Translations under genes and position numbers: made by a program
NCBI GenBank assembly: GCA_017414535.1
Contig: JAFQMA010000015.1
Coordinates: forward strand, 1-58,456
DNA: 58,456 nucleotides
DNA from: Clostridia bacterium
GTDB lineage: Bacteria > Bacillota > Clostridia > Oscillospirales > SIG627
Direction: 5' to 3'
Notes under the pieces: generated by a model
Told to the model about the DNA's origin: nothing
Databases searched by the model: none
The model's input: the letters and a program-made list of their open reading frames with translations, nothing else
In this document: positions 24,971 to 34,414 of the stretch, one piece after another
How positions within the stretch are numbered: position 1 is the first letter of the stretch
Layout: the number at the start of each line of letters is the position of its first letter

Positions 24971-27388
24971 ATGCTTGCACCACTGAGTTGGTTAAAAGAA
25001 TACGTAGACATTGACGTTTCCCCCAAGGAATTGGAGGGAAAGCTCTTCTCCGCAGGCTTTGAGGTAGAAGAGGTCATCGAGCTGGGTAAGGATATCTCCG
25101 GAGTCGTGGTAGGCCTTGTGGAGGAATGCCGCCTCATTCCCGATACTCACATCAGCGTTTGCCGCGTCAACTGCGGCGATAAGGGTACCTTCCAGATCTG
25201 CTGCGGCGCCGATAACGTCAAGGCAGGCGGCAAGTATCCCACCGCACTGGTGGGCGCCACCGTGTACGCCACCGCCCGCGACCACGTGACCGTGGAGGGC
25301 GTCATGACCATTAAGGCAGGCAAGCTCCGCGGAGAGGAATCCTGCGGTATGCTCTGCTCCGGCATCGAATTGGGTCTTTCCGAGGAGCTGTACCCCGGCG
25401 CAGGCTATCTGGGTCTTCTGGTGCTACCCGAGGATGCGGAGCCCGGCGCGGATATTAAGCCCATCACGGGTCTGGATGAGGTCATCTTCGACATTGCCCT
25501 CACCGCGAACCGCCCCGACTGCCAGAGCATCATCGGCATGGCAAGAGAGGTGGCCGCCGTGCTGAAAAAGCCCCTGCGCATGCCCGCGCTGGATTATACC
25601 GAAAACGGCCGGGTCCCCCCCTTCTCCGTTACCGTAGAGGCACCCGATCTCTGCCCCCGCTATATCGGCCACGCCGTGCAGGACGTGAAGATCGCCCCCT
25701 CCCCCTTCTGGATGCAGCGCCGTCTGAAGCTGGTGGGACTTTCCGCCATCAACAATATCGTGGACATCACAAACTACGTCCTCAAGGAATTCGGCCAGCC
25801 CATGCACGCCTTTGACCGTCGCGATCTGACGGAGGACTGCATTGTGGTACGCCGTGCCAAGGAAGGCGAGGAGATCGTCACCCTGGACGAAAAGACCTTC
25901 GCTTTAAAGACCGATCATCTCGTGATCTGCGATAAGACCCGCCCCGTGGCGCTGGCAGGCATCATGGGCGGTCTCAATTCCGAAATTAAGGATACCACCA
26001 CCGAGGTGCTGTTCGAGGCGGCCAAATTCGCCCGCGACAGCATCCGTAAGACCGGCAGAAGCCTCGGCCAGTCCAGCGATTCCTCCGCCCGCTTTGAAAA
26101 GGGCGTGGACGAATGGGCCACCGTTATGGGTATGCGCCGTGCCCTCCATCTGGTACAGGAGCTGGGTGCCGGCGTTGTAACGAGCTACCATCAGGACGTG
26201 GCAGTCGATCCCGATCTGTCCCCCCGTCCCCTCACCGTATCCCGCAAGAAGATCGACGAGATCTTGGGCGTGACCGTGCCCGAGGAGGTAGCGCTGGAGA
26301 CCCTGTCCGCCCTGGGCTTTGAGCCAAAGATCGACGGCGATGCCCTCTCCGTGCTGGTGCCCCCCTACCGTGAGGATATCGACACCGCCGCGGCCGACAT
26401 TGCCGAAGAGATCATCCGCTCCTGGGGCTACGAGCATCTGGTGCCCCGCTTCCTGGATCTGGCCAGAGTTACCTCCGGCGGCCGCACCGAGGAGCAGAAG
26501 AAATCCGTCAAGCTCAAGGAGACCCTGTGCCGTCAGGGCTTCTCCGAATCCATTTTCTATTCCTTCTTCTCCCCCAAGGATCTGGATCTGATCCGTCTGG
26601 CTGAGGATGCTCCCGAAAGACAGGCCATTCGCCTGCTCAATCCCATCACAGAGGATCTGTCCCTCATGCGCACCACCCTGGCGCCCTCCATGCTCCGCGC
26701 GGTCATCCGCAACCTGCGCCGCGGCAATACCGAGGGTCGCTTCTTCGAGCTGGCCCGCATCTTCCGTGCGGAGAGCCTGCCCCTTACCGCCTATCCCGAG
26801 GAGAGAGACAGCCTTTGCATCACCGCCTTCGGTGACAGCGAGACCTTCTTCACCGTAAAGAGCGCCCCCGAGGCCATTGCCGATGCCTTCGGTCTGACCT
26901 TCCGCTACGAAAAGGACACCCGCCCCTATCTGCATCCCGGCATGACCGCCCGCATCACCTGCGAGGGCGACGAGATCGGCATCATGGGCCGTCTGTCCTA
27001 CGAGATCGCCGAGGAAATGAGCATCGAAAAGCCCGTGTTCCTCATCGAGATTGATTGGCAGACCTTGAAGGAAAAGTGCTGCCGCAAGCTGCGCTACGTG
27101 CCCATCCCCAAGTTTGCCCGCGAGGTGCGTGATCTGGCACTGGTTGCCGACGAGAAGCTCACCTGCGCCGAGATCGCAGACGCCATCCGGTCCTCCTGCA
27201 AATTCATCACCGAGGTCTCCCTCTTTGACGTCTATCGCTCCGAGGCCATTGGCAAGGATAAGAAGAGCATGGCCTTCAAGCTGGTCTTCACCCCCACCGA
27301 TCACGAATTCAGCTCCGATGAGATCGAAAAGTACGTGCAGAAGATCCTGAAGAAGCTGGCCTTCCTCTATCAGATCACCCTGCGCTGA
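24971..27388 (+). CDS. pheT: Phenylalanine--tRNA ligase beta subunit
   Basis: 805 aa. N-terminal tRNA-binding domain, B3/4, B5 and C-terminal FDX-ACB-like region. Follows pheS. Confidence 0.95.
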   Translation: MLAPLSWLKEYVDIDVSPKELEGKLFSAGFEVEEVIELGKDISGVVVGLVEECRLIPDTHISVCRVNCGDKGTFQICCGADNVKAGGKYPTALVGATVYATARDHVTVEGVMTIKAGKLRGEESCGMLCSGIELGLSEELYPGAGYLGLLVLPEDAEPGADIKPITGLDEVIFDIALTANRPDCQSIIGMAREVAAVLKKPLRMPALDYTENGRVPPFSVTVEAPDLCPRYIGHAVQDVKIAPSPFWMQRRLKLVGLSAINNIVDITNYVLKEFGQPMHAFDRRDLTEDCIVVRRAKEGEEIVTLDEKTFALKTDHLVICDKTRPVALAGIMGGLNSEIKDTTTEVLFEAAKFARDSIRKTGRSLGQSSDSSARFEKGVDEWATVMGMRRALHLVQELGAGVVTSYHQDVAVDPDLSPRPLTVSRKKIDEILGVTVPEEVALETLSALGFEPKIDGDALSVLVPPYREDIDTAAADIAEEIIRSWGYEHLVPRFLDLARVTSGGRTEEQKKSVKLKETLCRQGFSESIFYSFFSPKDLDLIRLAEDAPERQAIRLLNPITEDLSLMRTTLAPSMLRAVIRNLRRGNTEGRFFELARIFRAESLPLTAYPEERDSLCITAFGDSETFFTVKSAPEAIADAFGLTFRYEKDTRPYLHPGMTARITCEGDEIGIMGRLSYEIAEEMSIEKPVFLIEIDWQTLKEKCCRKLRYVPIPKFAREVRDLALVADEKLTCAEIADAIRSSCKFITEVSLFDVYRSEAIGKDKKSMAFKLVFTPTDHEFSSDEIEKYVQKILKKLAFLYQITLR

Positions 27389-27401
27389 CCATCCCGCACC
27401 C

Positions 27402-27436
27402 AAAGCCCTTCCGACCTTCGGAAGGGCTTTTCTTTT
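27402..27436 (+). terminator. Intrinsic terminator
   Basis: AAAGCCCTTCCGA-CCT-TCGGAAGGGCTTT hairpin followed by TCTTTT. Confidence 0.85.
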
Positions 27437-27519
27437 CCCCTTCCCAACGCATCAACATTTTCCGCTTGTATTTTCTTTTGATTTGTGATATATTGAGAAA
27501 AAAGAGAAAGGGCGAGGAG

Positions 27520-28869
27520 ATGCAGCTACCTCAAAAATTTTGTGACCGCATGGAGTCCATGCTGGGTGCCGAGGCACCGCGCTTCTTTGAAGCCATGGCC
27601 GAGGAGCCCCGTCGCAGTCTGCGCTATGATCCCGAAAAGGTCTCCGAAAAGGCGCTGAACGAGGCCTTCGGCACGCTTTCTCCCCTCCCCTTCGGGGAAA
27701 ACGCCCTGTATTTTTCCTTCGACGGCATCGGCGCCCACCCCCTTCATCAGGGCGGCGCCCTTTACGTGCAGGAGCCTGCGGCCATGGCGCCCGTGGCGAG
27801 CCTGCCCCACAAAAAATTTTCCCGCATTTTGGATCTTTGTGCCGCACCGGGCGGCAAGAGTCTTCAGGCTGCCGCCACCCGTCTGAGGGAGGACGGTCTT
27901 TTGGTCTGCAACGAGCCCGACGCCCGTCGCAGAGCCGTTTTGATCCAAAATTTAGAGCGCATGGGCGAAAAAAGAGCCGTGGTCACGGGCTTTGATGCCT
28001 CCCGTCTCCCCGAGGAGCTGCGGGGCGGCTTTGACCTTGTGATCTGCGACGCCCCCTGCTCCGGCGAGGGCATGATGCGCAAAAACCCCGATGCCGCCGC
28101 TCTTTGGTCGGAACGACACGTGGAGGAACTGGCCGCCCTTCAGGAAAGGATCCTGCAAAGCGCGGGTGCGGCCCTTGCCGCGGGCGGGGTGCTTCTTTAT
28201 TCCACCTGCACCTGGTCCGTAGAGGAAAACGAAGAGCAGGTCCTGCGCCTTCTTCGGTCCGACCCTACCCTTTCCCTGTCAGAGCCCCCTGAAGCCGTGG
28301 CGCAGTGTGCCGCAAGGGGCATCCCCTTGGAGGGAGAGGAGGCACTGAAAAGGACCCTTCGCTTCTACCCCCATCTCTTTTCCGGTGAGGGGCAATTCGT
28401 GGCCGTCCTGCAAAAGGAGGGCGAGCTTTCCCTTCCCGCACCCGTCCCCCAAGGAAAAAAGAAAAAGGAACGCCCCCATGCCGACGAAGGCGCGGTGCGC
28501 GCCTTTTTGGACGGTATTTTGAAAAGCAAAACGGTCTCTCCCCTGCTTCTCCGCGGCGATACCTGGTACCTGCAGGGCACCGACCTTCTTCCCCCGTCCC
28601 TGCTCTGCCTGCCGGGTATTCCCGTAGGGCAGGTGCAAAAGGGCAGGGTGATCCCCCATCACAGCCTGTTCAAATGTCTGGCAGACGCCATGGCACAACG
28701 GCTGACCCTCTCCCCTGCCGAGGCGGAAAAATATCTCCACGGCGAGGAGCTTTCCGTCCCCTTTGAAGCAGGCTTTGCCGTCGCGTATCTGGGCAACTGC
28801 CCCTTGGGCGGCCTTCGCTGCAGCAAGGGACGGGGAAAAAATCTTTACCCCAAGGGCTTGAGAACTTAA
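27520..28869 (+). CDS. RsmB/RsmF-family rRNA cytosine-C5 methyltransferase
   Basis: GAGGAG RBS. SAM motif LDLCAAPGGKS. Catalytic DAPCSGEG and YSTCT motifs. The earlier ATG at 27466 lies in AT-rich promoter-like sequence. Confidence 0.8.
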   Translation: MQLPQKFCDRMESMLGAEAPRFFEAMAEEPRRSLRYDPEKVSEKALNEAFGTLSPLPFGENALYFSFDGIGAHPLHQGGALYVQEPAAMAPVASLPHKKFSRILDLCAAPGGKSLQAAATRLREDGLLVCNEPDARRRAVLIQNLERMGEKRAVVTGFDASRLPEELRGGFDLVICDAPCSGEGMMRKNPDAAALWSERHVEELAALQERILQSAGAALAAGGVLLYSTCTWSVEENEEQVLRLLRSDPTLSLSEPPEAVAQCAARGIPLEGEEALKRTLRFYPHLFSGEGQFVAVLQKEGELSLPAPVPQGKKKKERPHADEGAVRAFLDGILKSKTVSPLLLRGDTWYLQGTDLLPPSLLCLPGIPVGQVQKGRVIPHHSLFKCLADAMAQRLTLSPAEAEKYLHGEELSVPFEAGFAVAYLGNCPLGGLRCSKGRGKNLYPKGLRT

Positions 28870-28883
28870 AAAGTGAGGCAACT

Positions 28884-29384
28884 ATGCACAACGAACTGAC
28901 CCGTGTTGACATTCAAAAAATGCAGGAAGAGATCGATTACCGCATCTCCCTGCGCCCCCAGCTCCGCGCGGACGTTCAGCAGGCCAGAGAGCTTGGCGAT
29001 CTGAGTGAGAACGACGAATACCGCACCGCCAAAAGGGAGAAGGGCAAGAACGATTCCCGCATCCGCTATCTGCAGAATATGATCGCCACCGCGCGCATCA
29101 TTGAGGATCACAGTGCCGCGGACGAGGTGGGGCTTTTTGACCTGGTGACCCTTTACATCGAGGAGGATGACACCGAGGAGCAATACCGCCTCGTCACCAC
29201 CCTGCGGGAAAACGTGCTGGAGGGCTGTGTTTCCAAGGAATCCCCCTTAGGCAAGGTCCTCATGGGCAAAAGGGTGGGCGATCGGGTGACCGTTGCCCCC
29301 TCTCCCAAATATTCCTATACCGCCGTGATCCGCGCGATCGAAAAGGGAACGGATGATCCCTCCCTTCCCATTACTTCCTATTGA
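28884..29384 (+). CDS. greA: Transcription elongation factor GreA
   Basis: GDLSENDEYRTAK acidic finger motif. 166 aa. Confidence 0.9.
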   Translation: MHNELTRVDIQKMQEEIDYRISLRPQLRADVQQARELGDLSENDEYRTAKREKGKNDSRIRYLQNMIATARIIEDHSAADEVGLFDLVTLYIEEDDTEEQYRLVTTLRENVLEGCVSKESPLGKVLMGKRVGDRVTVAPSPKYSYTAVIRAIEKGTDDPSLPITSY

Positions 29385-29397
29385 AAAGGAGAAAACC

Positions 29398-31392
29398 ATG
29401 AAAAAGATCCTTTCCCTTCTGCTGGCTCTTTTGCTCATCCTCCCCGCCTTTCCCGCCGTTTTTGCGGAGGAGGGCGATAAGAAGGACGAGGTAAAGATCA
29501 CCTCCATCCAGATCGATATCACCACCCCCGCACCCGGCGGCAAGGTACATATCCCCGCCGCCGCCGACGTGACCGTCAAGGCAGGGGACGATACCCTTTC
29601 CGCTACGGACGGCTCCTATACCGTCACCGCCTCCTGGCGCGAATGCGAGGCCATGGATGGCGACGGCTCCACCGAGCCCTTAAAGGAGGGTGATGCCTAT
29701 GTTGCCAAGAAGACCTATCAGCTGGAGATGACCCTGACCCTCACCGAGGGCAAGCTCCCCGACCTGGGCTCCATTCTGGTACGCCTCAACGGTAAAACGG
29801 TGGAAAAGGCCTCCAATGAATTTGCGGGCGGCTTTGGCGTTAAGGGCGAAAACACCGTCATGCTGAAGAAAGAATACACCTGCTTTCCCTCCGATCTGAC
29901 CTCCATCCAGCCCGTGGTATCCACCGTCAAGGTGGACGGGCAAAATTTCTCCTCCGACCATTCCGTGGAAAAGGAATACGACGGCAAGGAGGTCGTCCTC
30001 ACCGTAGACATTCTCAACAAGCAATCCGGCGTAAGCTACGCCTACCAGTGGCAGAAGGACGGCAAGGACGCAGAGGGCCGCACCGAGGAGGCCTTAAAGC
30101 TCAGAAACGTAGCCGACACGGGCGAATGGAGCTGTACCGTGGCCGCCTACTATACGGAAAACCCCACCGTGCTCTCCTCCCCCACCCATTCTCCCAAAAA
30201 GAGCGTAAAGATCACACCCCATTCCATCAAGCTCATTTTGGAGGATGCCCAAAAGAATCTTTACGATAAGGATCCCGCCTTCACCTACACCATTCTGGGT
30301 GAGGCCTACGACGAGCTGGTGGGCGCCATTGAGCGCGTGCAGGGTGAGACCATCGGCAATTACCCCCTGCTCCTGGGCACTCTCGCCTTCCCCGACGAGG
30401 TCAAGGACAACTATTTCATCAGCGTTCAGCAGGGAAGCCTGACCATTCTGGAGGCAGGTCAGACCGCCTTTTCCGCCGTTTCCGGCATTCTCAACGGTGC
30501 CCAGATCTACGGCGATCAAAACTCCAATTTCCGCGCCAGCGCCACCACGGGCGCCCTGCCCGAGGACTCCAACCTCATCTTCAACCGCGTGGAATCCGAT
30601 ACCGATAAGGAAACGCTGGCACAAAGCTCCTCAAAATCCATGCTGAAGTGCTTTACCGTTTCCGCCAAGGATAAAAACGATCAGACCGTGACCCTGCCCA
30701 AGCACGCCGCTCTGCAGATCCTTATCCCCCTGACCAAGGACGAGGCCGCCTCTTACGTGAAGAACACCATGACCGTCAAGCTCCTTCTGGGCAAGACCGT
30801 GAAGGACTTAAAGGCGGAGGAGGTCATCACGGGCGAGGTCAAGTATCTTTCCGTCCTGCTTGAGGAATTCGGCACCGTAGGCGTCTTTGCAGGCGACGAG
30901 CTACCCCCCGTTACCACGGGCGGCACCGCCACGAACCCCTCCGCCGACGAGGAGGGCGATGACGGTACCCTATGGCTTTGGATCATGATCGCGGCCCTGG
31001 TGGTCATCGCCGTGGGCGCCATCGTCTTTACCGTGATCTGGACGGGCAAGAATTCTCCCGCCGCAAGACCCGTCCCCCCCGCTCCTACCGCACCCAAACG
31101 GACCTCTCCCCGCGGAAGCGTCGGTAAAAGCGCTCCTCGCAGAGGCAACTGTGACGAGACCCGTGCCGTCCCCCCTGCACCCAAGAAGGTAGCACCCGCG
31201 CCCAAGGCTGAGTCCGCGCCCGCACCCAAGGCTGAGCCCGCACCCAAGGCTGAGCCCGTGCCCGTGGCTAAAGCCGAGCCCGCCGCTACCGAGCCTGCGA
31301 AGAAGGAAAAAGAAGTTTTCGCCCCGCCCGCGCCCAAAAAGCCCGAGCGCGACCCCATGGTCTTTTCCTTTGAGGATCTGGAGGAAGAATGA
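29398..31392 (+). CDS. Type I membrane surface protein with MBG-like segment and Pro/Ala/Lys-rich cytoplasmic tail
   Basis: AAGGAGAAAACC RBS. Signal peptide MKKILSLLLALLLILPAFPAVFA. YDKDPAFTYTILGE...GNYPL segment. TM helix LWLWIMIAALVVIAVGAIVFTVIW. APKAE repeats. Confidence 0.7.
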   Translation: MKKILSLLLALLLILPAFPAVFAEEGDKKDEVKITSIQIDITTPAPGGKVHIPAAADVTVKAGDDTLSATDGSYTVTASWRECEAMDGDGSTEPLKEGDAYVAKKTYQLEMTLTLTEGKLPDLGSILVRLNGKTVEKASNEFAGGFGVKGENTVMLKKEYTCFPSDLTSIQPVVSTVKVDGQNFSSDHSVEKEYDGKEVVLTVDILNKQSGVSYAYQWQKDGKDAEGRTEEALKLRNVADTGEWSCTVAAYYTENPTVLSSPTHSPKKSVKITPHSIKLILEDAQKNLYDKDPAFTYTILGEAYDELVGAIERVQGETIGNYPLLLGTLAFPDEVKDNYFISVQQGSLTILEAGQTAFSAVSGILNGAQIYGDQNSNFRASATTGALPEDSNLIFNRVESDTDKETLAQSSSKSMLKCFTVSAKDKNDQTVTLPKHAALQILIPLTKDEAASYVKNTMTVKLLLGKTVKDLKAEEVITGEVKYLSVLLEEFGTVGVFAGDELPPVTTGGTATNPSADEEGDDGTLWLWIMIAALVVIAVGAIVFTVIWTGKNSPAARPVPPAPTAPKRTSPRGSVGKSAPRRGNCDETRAVPPAPKKVAPAPKAESAPAPKAEPAPKAEPVPVAKAEPAATEPAKKEKEVFAPPAPKKPERDPMVFSFEDLEEE

Positions 31393-32081
31393 TCTCTTAC
31401 GTTATTTTTGATCTGGACGGCACGCTGGCCAAGATCGGCGCCCCCGTTCTGCAGGAGGATCTGGCCCTGATCCACGACATTGAAAAAAAGGGCGTCGGCA
31501 TTGCCATTTCCTCGGGCAAGCCCACCTACTACACCTGCGGCTTCGCCCGTCAGATGGGCCTTTCGGACCCTTACCTCATCGGTGAAAACGGTGCCGTTCT
31601 GCAAAAGGGCATCGAGCTGCCGCCCCCCCTTACCCGCAAGAGCCCCATTCCCGAAAAAACGAGACGCGCCCTCAAGGAGCTGCGCGCCCTTTTGGAGGAA
31701 AAGTTTCCCGACCGTCTGTGGTTTCAGCCCAATGAGACGGCGCTGACCCCCTTCCTTGCCCAGGTGGAGGATTTTCCCGCTCTGCGGGCGCTGTTTGCCT
31801 CCTTCGTCAAGCCCGACATGGAGCTGACGGTATACGAGCATTGCGATTGCTTCGACATCGCCTGGTCTCCCCTTGATAAGGGCGAGGGCATCCGCCTCCT
31901 TTCCGAGGTCACGGGAGCCGATCCTGAAACCATGATCGCCGTGGGCGACTGGACCAACGACTATTCCATGTTTGCCGAGGCGGGCTTCTCCATCGGTATC
32001 AATCTCCCCGATCCCGAAAAGGCCACCGTGAACGTGACCTGCCTCCGCGACGCCTTAAAGCTGATTTTGGAAAAAATTTAA
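31389..32081 (+). CDS. HAD-IIB (Cof-type) phosphatase
   Basis: Motif I FDLDGTL and motif IV GDWTNDYSMF. ATGA overlap with the upstream gene. Confidence 0.8.
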   Translation: MISYVIFDLDGTLAKIGAPVLQEDLALIHDIEKKGVGIAISSGKPTYYTCGFARQMGLSDPYLIGENGAVLQKGIELPPPLTRKSPIPEKTRRALKELRALLEEKFPDRLWFQPNETALTPFLAQVEDFPALRALFASFVKPDMELTVYEHCDCFDIAWSPLDKGEGIRLLSEVTGADPETMIAVGDWTNDYSMFAEAGFSIGINLPDPEKATVNVTCLRDALKLILEKI

Positions 32082-32099
32082 ACCGACGTAAAACCCTTT

Positions 32100-32212
32100 T
32101 TCTTGGAACACCTTTTTTTCGAAAAAGCTTATCCCCGCCCTCTTCCCAAAAGCTTTTCATTTTAATATGATAAAAAAAGAGGCCTTTCCGAATTTCGGAA
32201 AGGCTTCCTTAT
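32100..32212 (+). repeat. Composite terminator repeat, copy B
   Basis: CTTTTTTTCGAAAAAG core, CCCTCTTCCCAAAAGCTTTT box, TTTTAATATGATAAAAAAAGAGGCCTTTCCG-AATT-TCGGAAAGGCTTCC hairpin. About 50 nt are near-identical to 46752-46805. Confidence 0.7.
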
Positions 32213-32254
32213 CGTTAATATTCTCACTCCTCCTATTTCATGCTTTGTTTATCT

Positions 32255-33259
32255 TTAGTTCTCAAGGAATTCGGTCAAAAGGGGATATTCTTTTCCGACC
32301 TCGTGCCCGTCTAAAAAGAAGGCAACGTCCTCGGCGCTTTCAACCGTGATTTTCTCTTCGGGCTCGATAAAAAGGAACCATCGACCAATGTCAGAGGTTG
32401 CACCGAGTCTTGTGGTTTCAACACTCAGAGAAAGTTTCCCTTCTGCCTTGCGCTTCAAAGCCTCCACCTCGTGCGTGTACCCGCCGCTTTCTCTGATGAT
32501 CTGAGCCAAAATAAGGATGCGATCATTAAAATAGTCCTCATTATAACGGGAAGTCGCTTCCAAAAAATCGGTATATTCGAGGCTTTGACATTCTTCGCCG
32601 TAGGCCTTGCAGAAATTATTCCATTCTTCTGCGGAACGGAATACCTGCAGGGGCTCACCGTAAAGGTCAAGCACGCGAAGGGTCTGCTGAGAAAAGACAA
32701 CGTCCGTGAAATTCGTTGGCGTCATTCCTGTTATATTGAAATTAGCCCATGCTTCAACGGTAGAGGAGGCAGAAGCTTCCTCCTCCGGTCGAATTGTGAT
32801 GAAGAGGCGGTAATCACCGTTATCAAGGTAGCCGAACAAGTGATTCAGCCCCAAAAGAGAAAGCGGATTTTCCTGCAATTTTAAATTTTTCCTAAACACA
32901 TCCGAAGAAAGATAACCGATGCGGTCCAACTGTTCCCCTTTGTATTCGGCAATGGTCTCCCAATGATCGCCAACCTTGCATTGCATGAAAAGATCCCAGT
33001 TTTGATAACTTCTTCCGCAGGCCGGTGTGTATTTGATAACAAGCCACGCTTCCTCCTTTGACCACGCGTGCTCGACGATCTCAATTCCGTATTCTTCATG
33101 GGTCGAGCCGCTCTCCCCGATCTCAATGGCGGGGACTTCTGGCTCGGCGGGGGTGGTTACGGGAGAGGTAGCGGTGGCCTGCGGGGCTTCCGCGCCGCAG
33201 GCAAAAAGGGAGGGCAGCAGTAAAATCCCCACTAAGAATATGGTCAAAATTCGTTTCAT
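32255..33259 (-). CDS. Lipoprotein, unknown function (paralog I)
   Basis: AAAGGAGGA RBS before MKRILTIF. Lipobox LFAC. The N-terminal ~52 aa are nearly identical to 47375..48355; the rest is diverged. Confidence 0.75.
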   Translation of the reverse strand: MKRILTIFLVGILLLPSLFACGAEAPQATATSPVTTPAEPEVPAIEIGESGSTHEEYGIEIVEHAWSKEEAWLVIKYTPACGRSYQNWDLFMQCKVGDHWETIAEYKGEQLDRIGYLSSDVFRKNLKLQENPLSLLGLNHLFGYLDNGDYRLFITIRPEEEASASSTVEAWANFNITGMTPTNFTDVVFSQQTLRVLDLYGEPLQVFRSAEEWNNFCKAYGEECQSLEYTDFLEATSRYNEDYFNDRILILAQIIRESGGYTHEVEALKRKAEGKLSLSVETTRLGATSDIGRWFLFIEPEEKITVESAEDVAFFLDGHEVGKEYPLLTEFLEN

Positions 33260-33411
33260 ACCGTGTCCTCCTTTCAAAAAGAAAAAGCCCGCAGCGATCC
33301 GCTACGGGCGTTCATCCAAAAAAGACGTTTGTTCGGCGGATGGATGAACTTATACCCATGCCGAAAAAGCTTCCTTGTCTCTATGATAGCCGTTTTCTTT
33401 GTGAATGTCAA
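33260..33411 (-). promoter_or_regulatory. Promoter plus terminator-containing leader of lipoprotein paralog I
   Basis: On the minus strand: TTGACA (33406-11), 17-nt spacer, TATCAT (33383-88). The leader ends in GCCCGTAGCG-GAT-CGCTGCGGGC plus a U-run (33275-33309), directly before the RBS. Confidence 0.65.
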
Positions 33412-33534
33412 TGGTTTTTCACATCTTTTTTCAAGAGCAAAAGAATGCTACGGATGAGGTTCGGGAGAGCCTTTTTTAAGTCCTTTTTATTGTACACCGC
33501 ATCCCTTATAATGGCATTGTAAGGAGGGATAAAA

Positions 33535-33927
33535 ATGGATGAAACGAAAAGACTGTACGAGGAAGTAAAAAAAGGCAGCATTTCTGCCGCCTTCCGCTTG
33601 GCCGAGGCCTTCAAATGGGGCTATTACGGCCAGATCTCGCCCCGCCGTGCCGCCAGAATGTACCGCATCTGCTGTCACAGCAAAAATAAGAAAACGGCCG
33701 CCCTGGGCTACTACAATTTGGGGCTTCTCTATTACCACGGCTACCTCAGCGAGGATGAGCGGAGCGATCCCGCCCGCGCCTTCACCTGCTTTATGAAAAG
33801 CGCCCTTACCTACGCCACAGGGGATGCTCTTTTAAAGCTGGGGGATATGTACCGCTACGGTCAATACGTTTCTCGGGACGAGGACCGTGCCAGAGGGCTG
33901 TATCTCATGGCAGATCGCACAGCGTGA
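33535..33927 (+). CDS. Sel1-repeat (TPR-like) protein
   Basis: AAGGAGG RBS. Three Sel1-like units (AAFRLAEAFKWGYYG, LGYYNLGLLYYHGY, ALLKLGDMYRYGQYV). Confidence 0.7.
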   Translation: MDETKRLYEEVKKGSISAAFRLAEAFKWGYYGQISPRRAARMYRICCHSKNKKTAALGYYNLGLLYYHGYLSEDERSDPARAFTCFMKSALTYATGDALLKLGDMYRYGQYVSRDEDRARGLYLMADRTA

Positions 33928-34279
33928 TCTGACCCAAAAACAAGGACAGATCCGCCATGGGGTGGTGGATATAATCCTCCTTTTCCATGGCGGGCAAAAG
34001 GGTGGAAAGCAGTCGCGGACAGGCCACCAGCCGCTCCTTTTGCTTTTTGGTAAGGTGCTTCAAAGCATATTCCAGAGAGAGCGCCTGCCCCTTTTCCTCA
34101 CAGCTCCAGAGAGAGGCCACCGCCACGATCCTGCGGGATCGGGTAAATTTCGCACCCTGCTTTTTCTCCGTGTGCTGACGCATCCGACGGCAGATGCTTT
34201 TGGCGATGCCCGTATAAAGCTCGCCCCTTTCCGTGCGGATCATATAGACGTACCAGATCTCTCTCACCTCCCCCGCCAT
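33905..34279 (-). CDS. GIY-YIG nuclease-family protein (UPF0213/YhbQ-like)
   Basis: WYVYMIRTERGELYTGIA...RR..H motif. The start at ATG 34279 was chosen to include the GIY block, but no clear SD precedes it. The 3' end overlaps the Sel1 gene by 23 bp. Confidence 0.6.
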   Translation of the reverse strand: MAGEVREIWYVYMIRTERGELYTGIAKSICRRMRQHTEKKQGAKFTRSRRIVAVASLWSCEEKGQALSLEYALKHLTKKQKERLVACPRLLSTLLPAMEKEDYIHHPMADLSLFLGQITLCDLP

Positions 34280-34337
34280 TATACCAAAGTACTGAGAAAA
34301 ATACAAGAAAATACCCCGCAAAAATGCCCGCTTTTTC

Positions 34338-34366
34338 TTGACAAGAAAAGGCGGGTTTATTACAAT
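34338..34366 (+). promoter_or_regulatory. Sigma-A-type promoter
   Basis: TTGACA, 17-nt spacer, TACAAT. Confidence 0.6.
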
Positions 34367-34414
34367 GGAAAGGAAGGCTATTTGCCGATTTTTAGCTTAC
34401 GGAGGAGAATCAAT

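Noticed and set aside
25904-27403. 499-aa minus-strand ORF
   Set aside because: Antisense shadow of pheT, made possible by GC-rich codon bias.
33887-34414. 5' extension of track ORF 33887..35764
   Set aside because: It is antisense to the GIY-YIG gene and runs through a TTGACA-17-TACAAT promoter. The ceramidase-like paralog alignment and a GGAGGAG RBS place the start at 34415.
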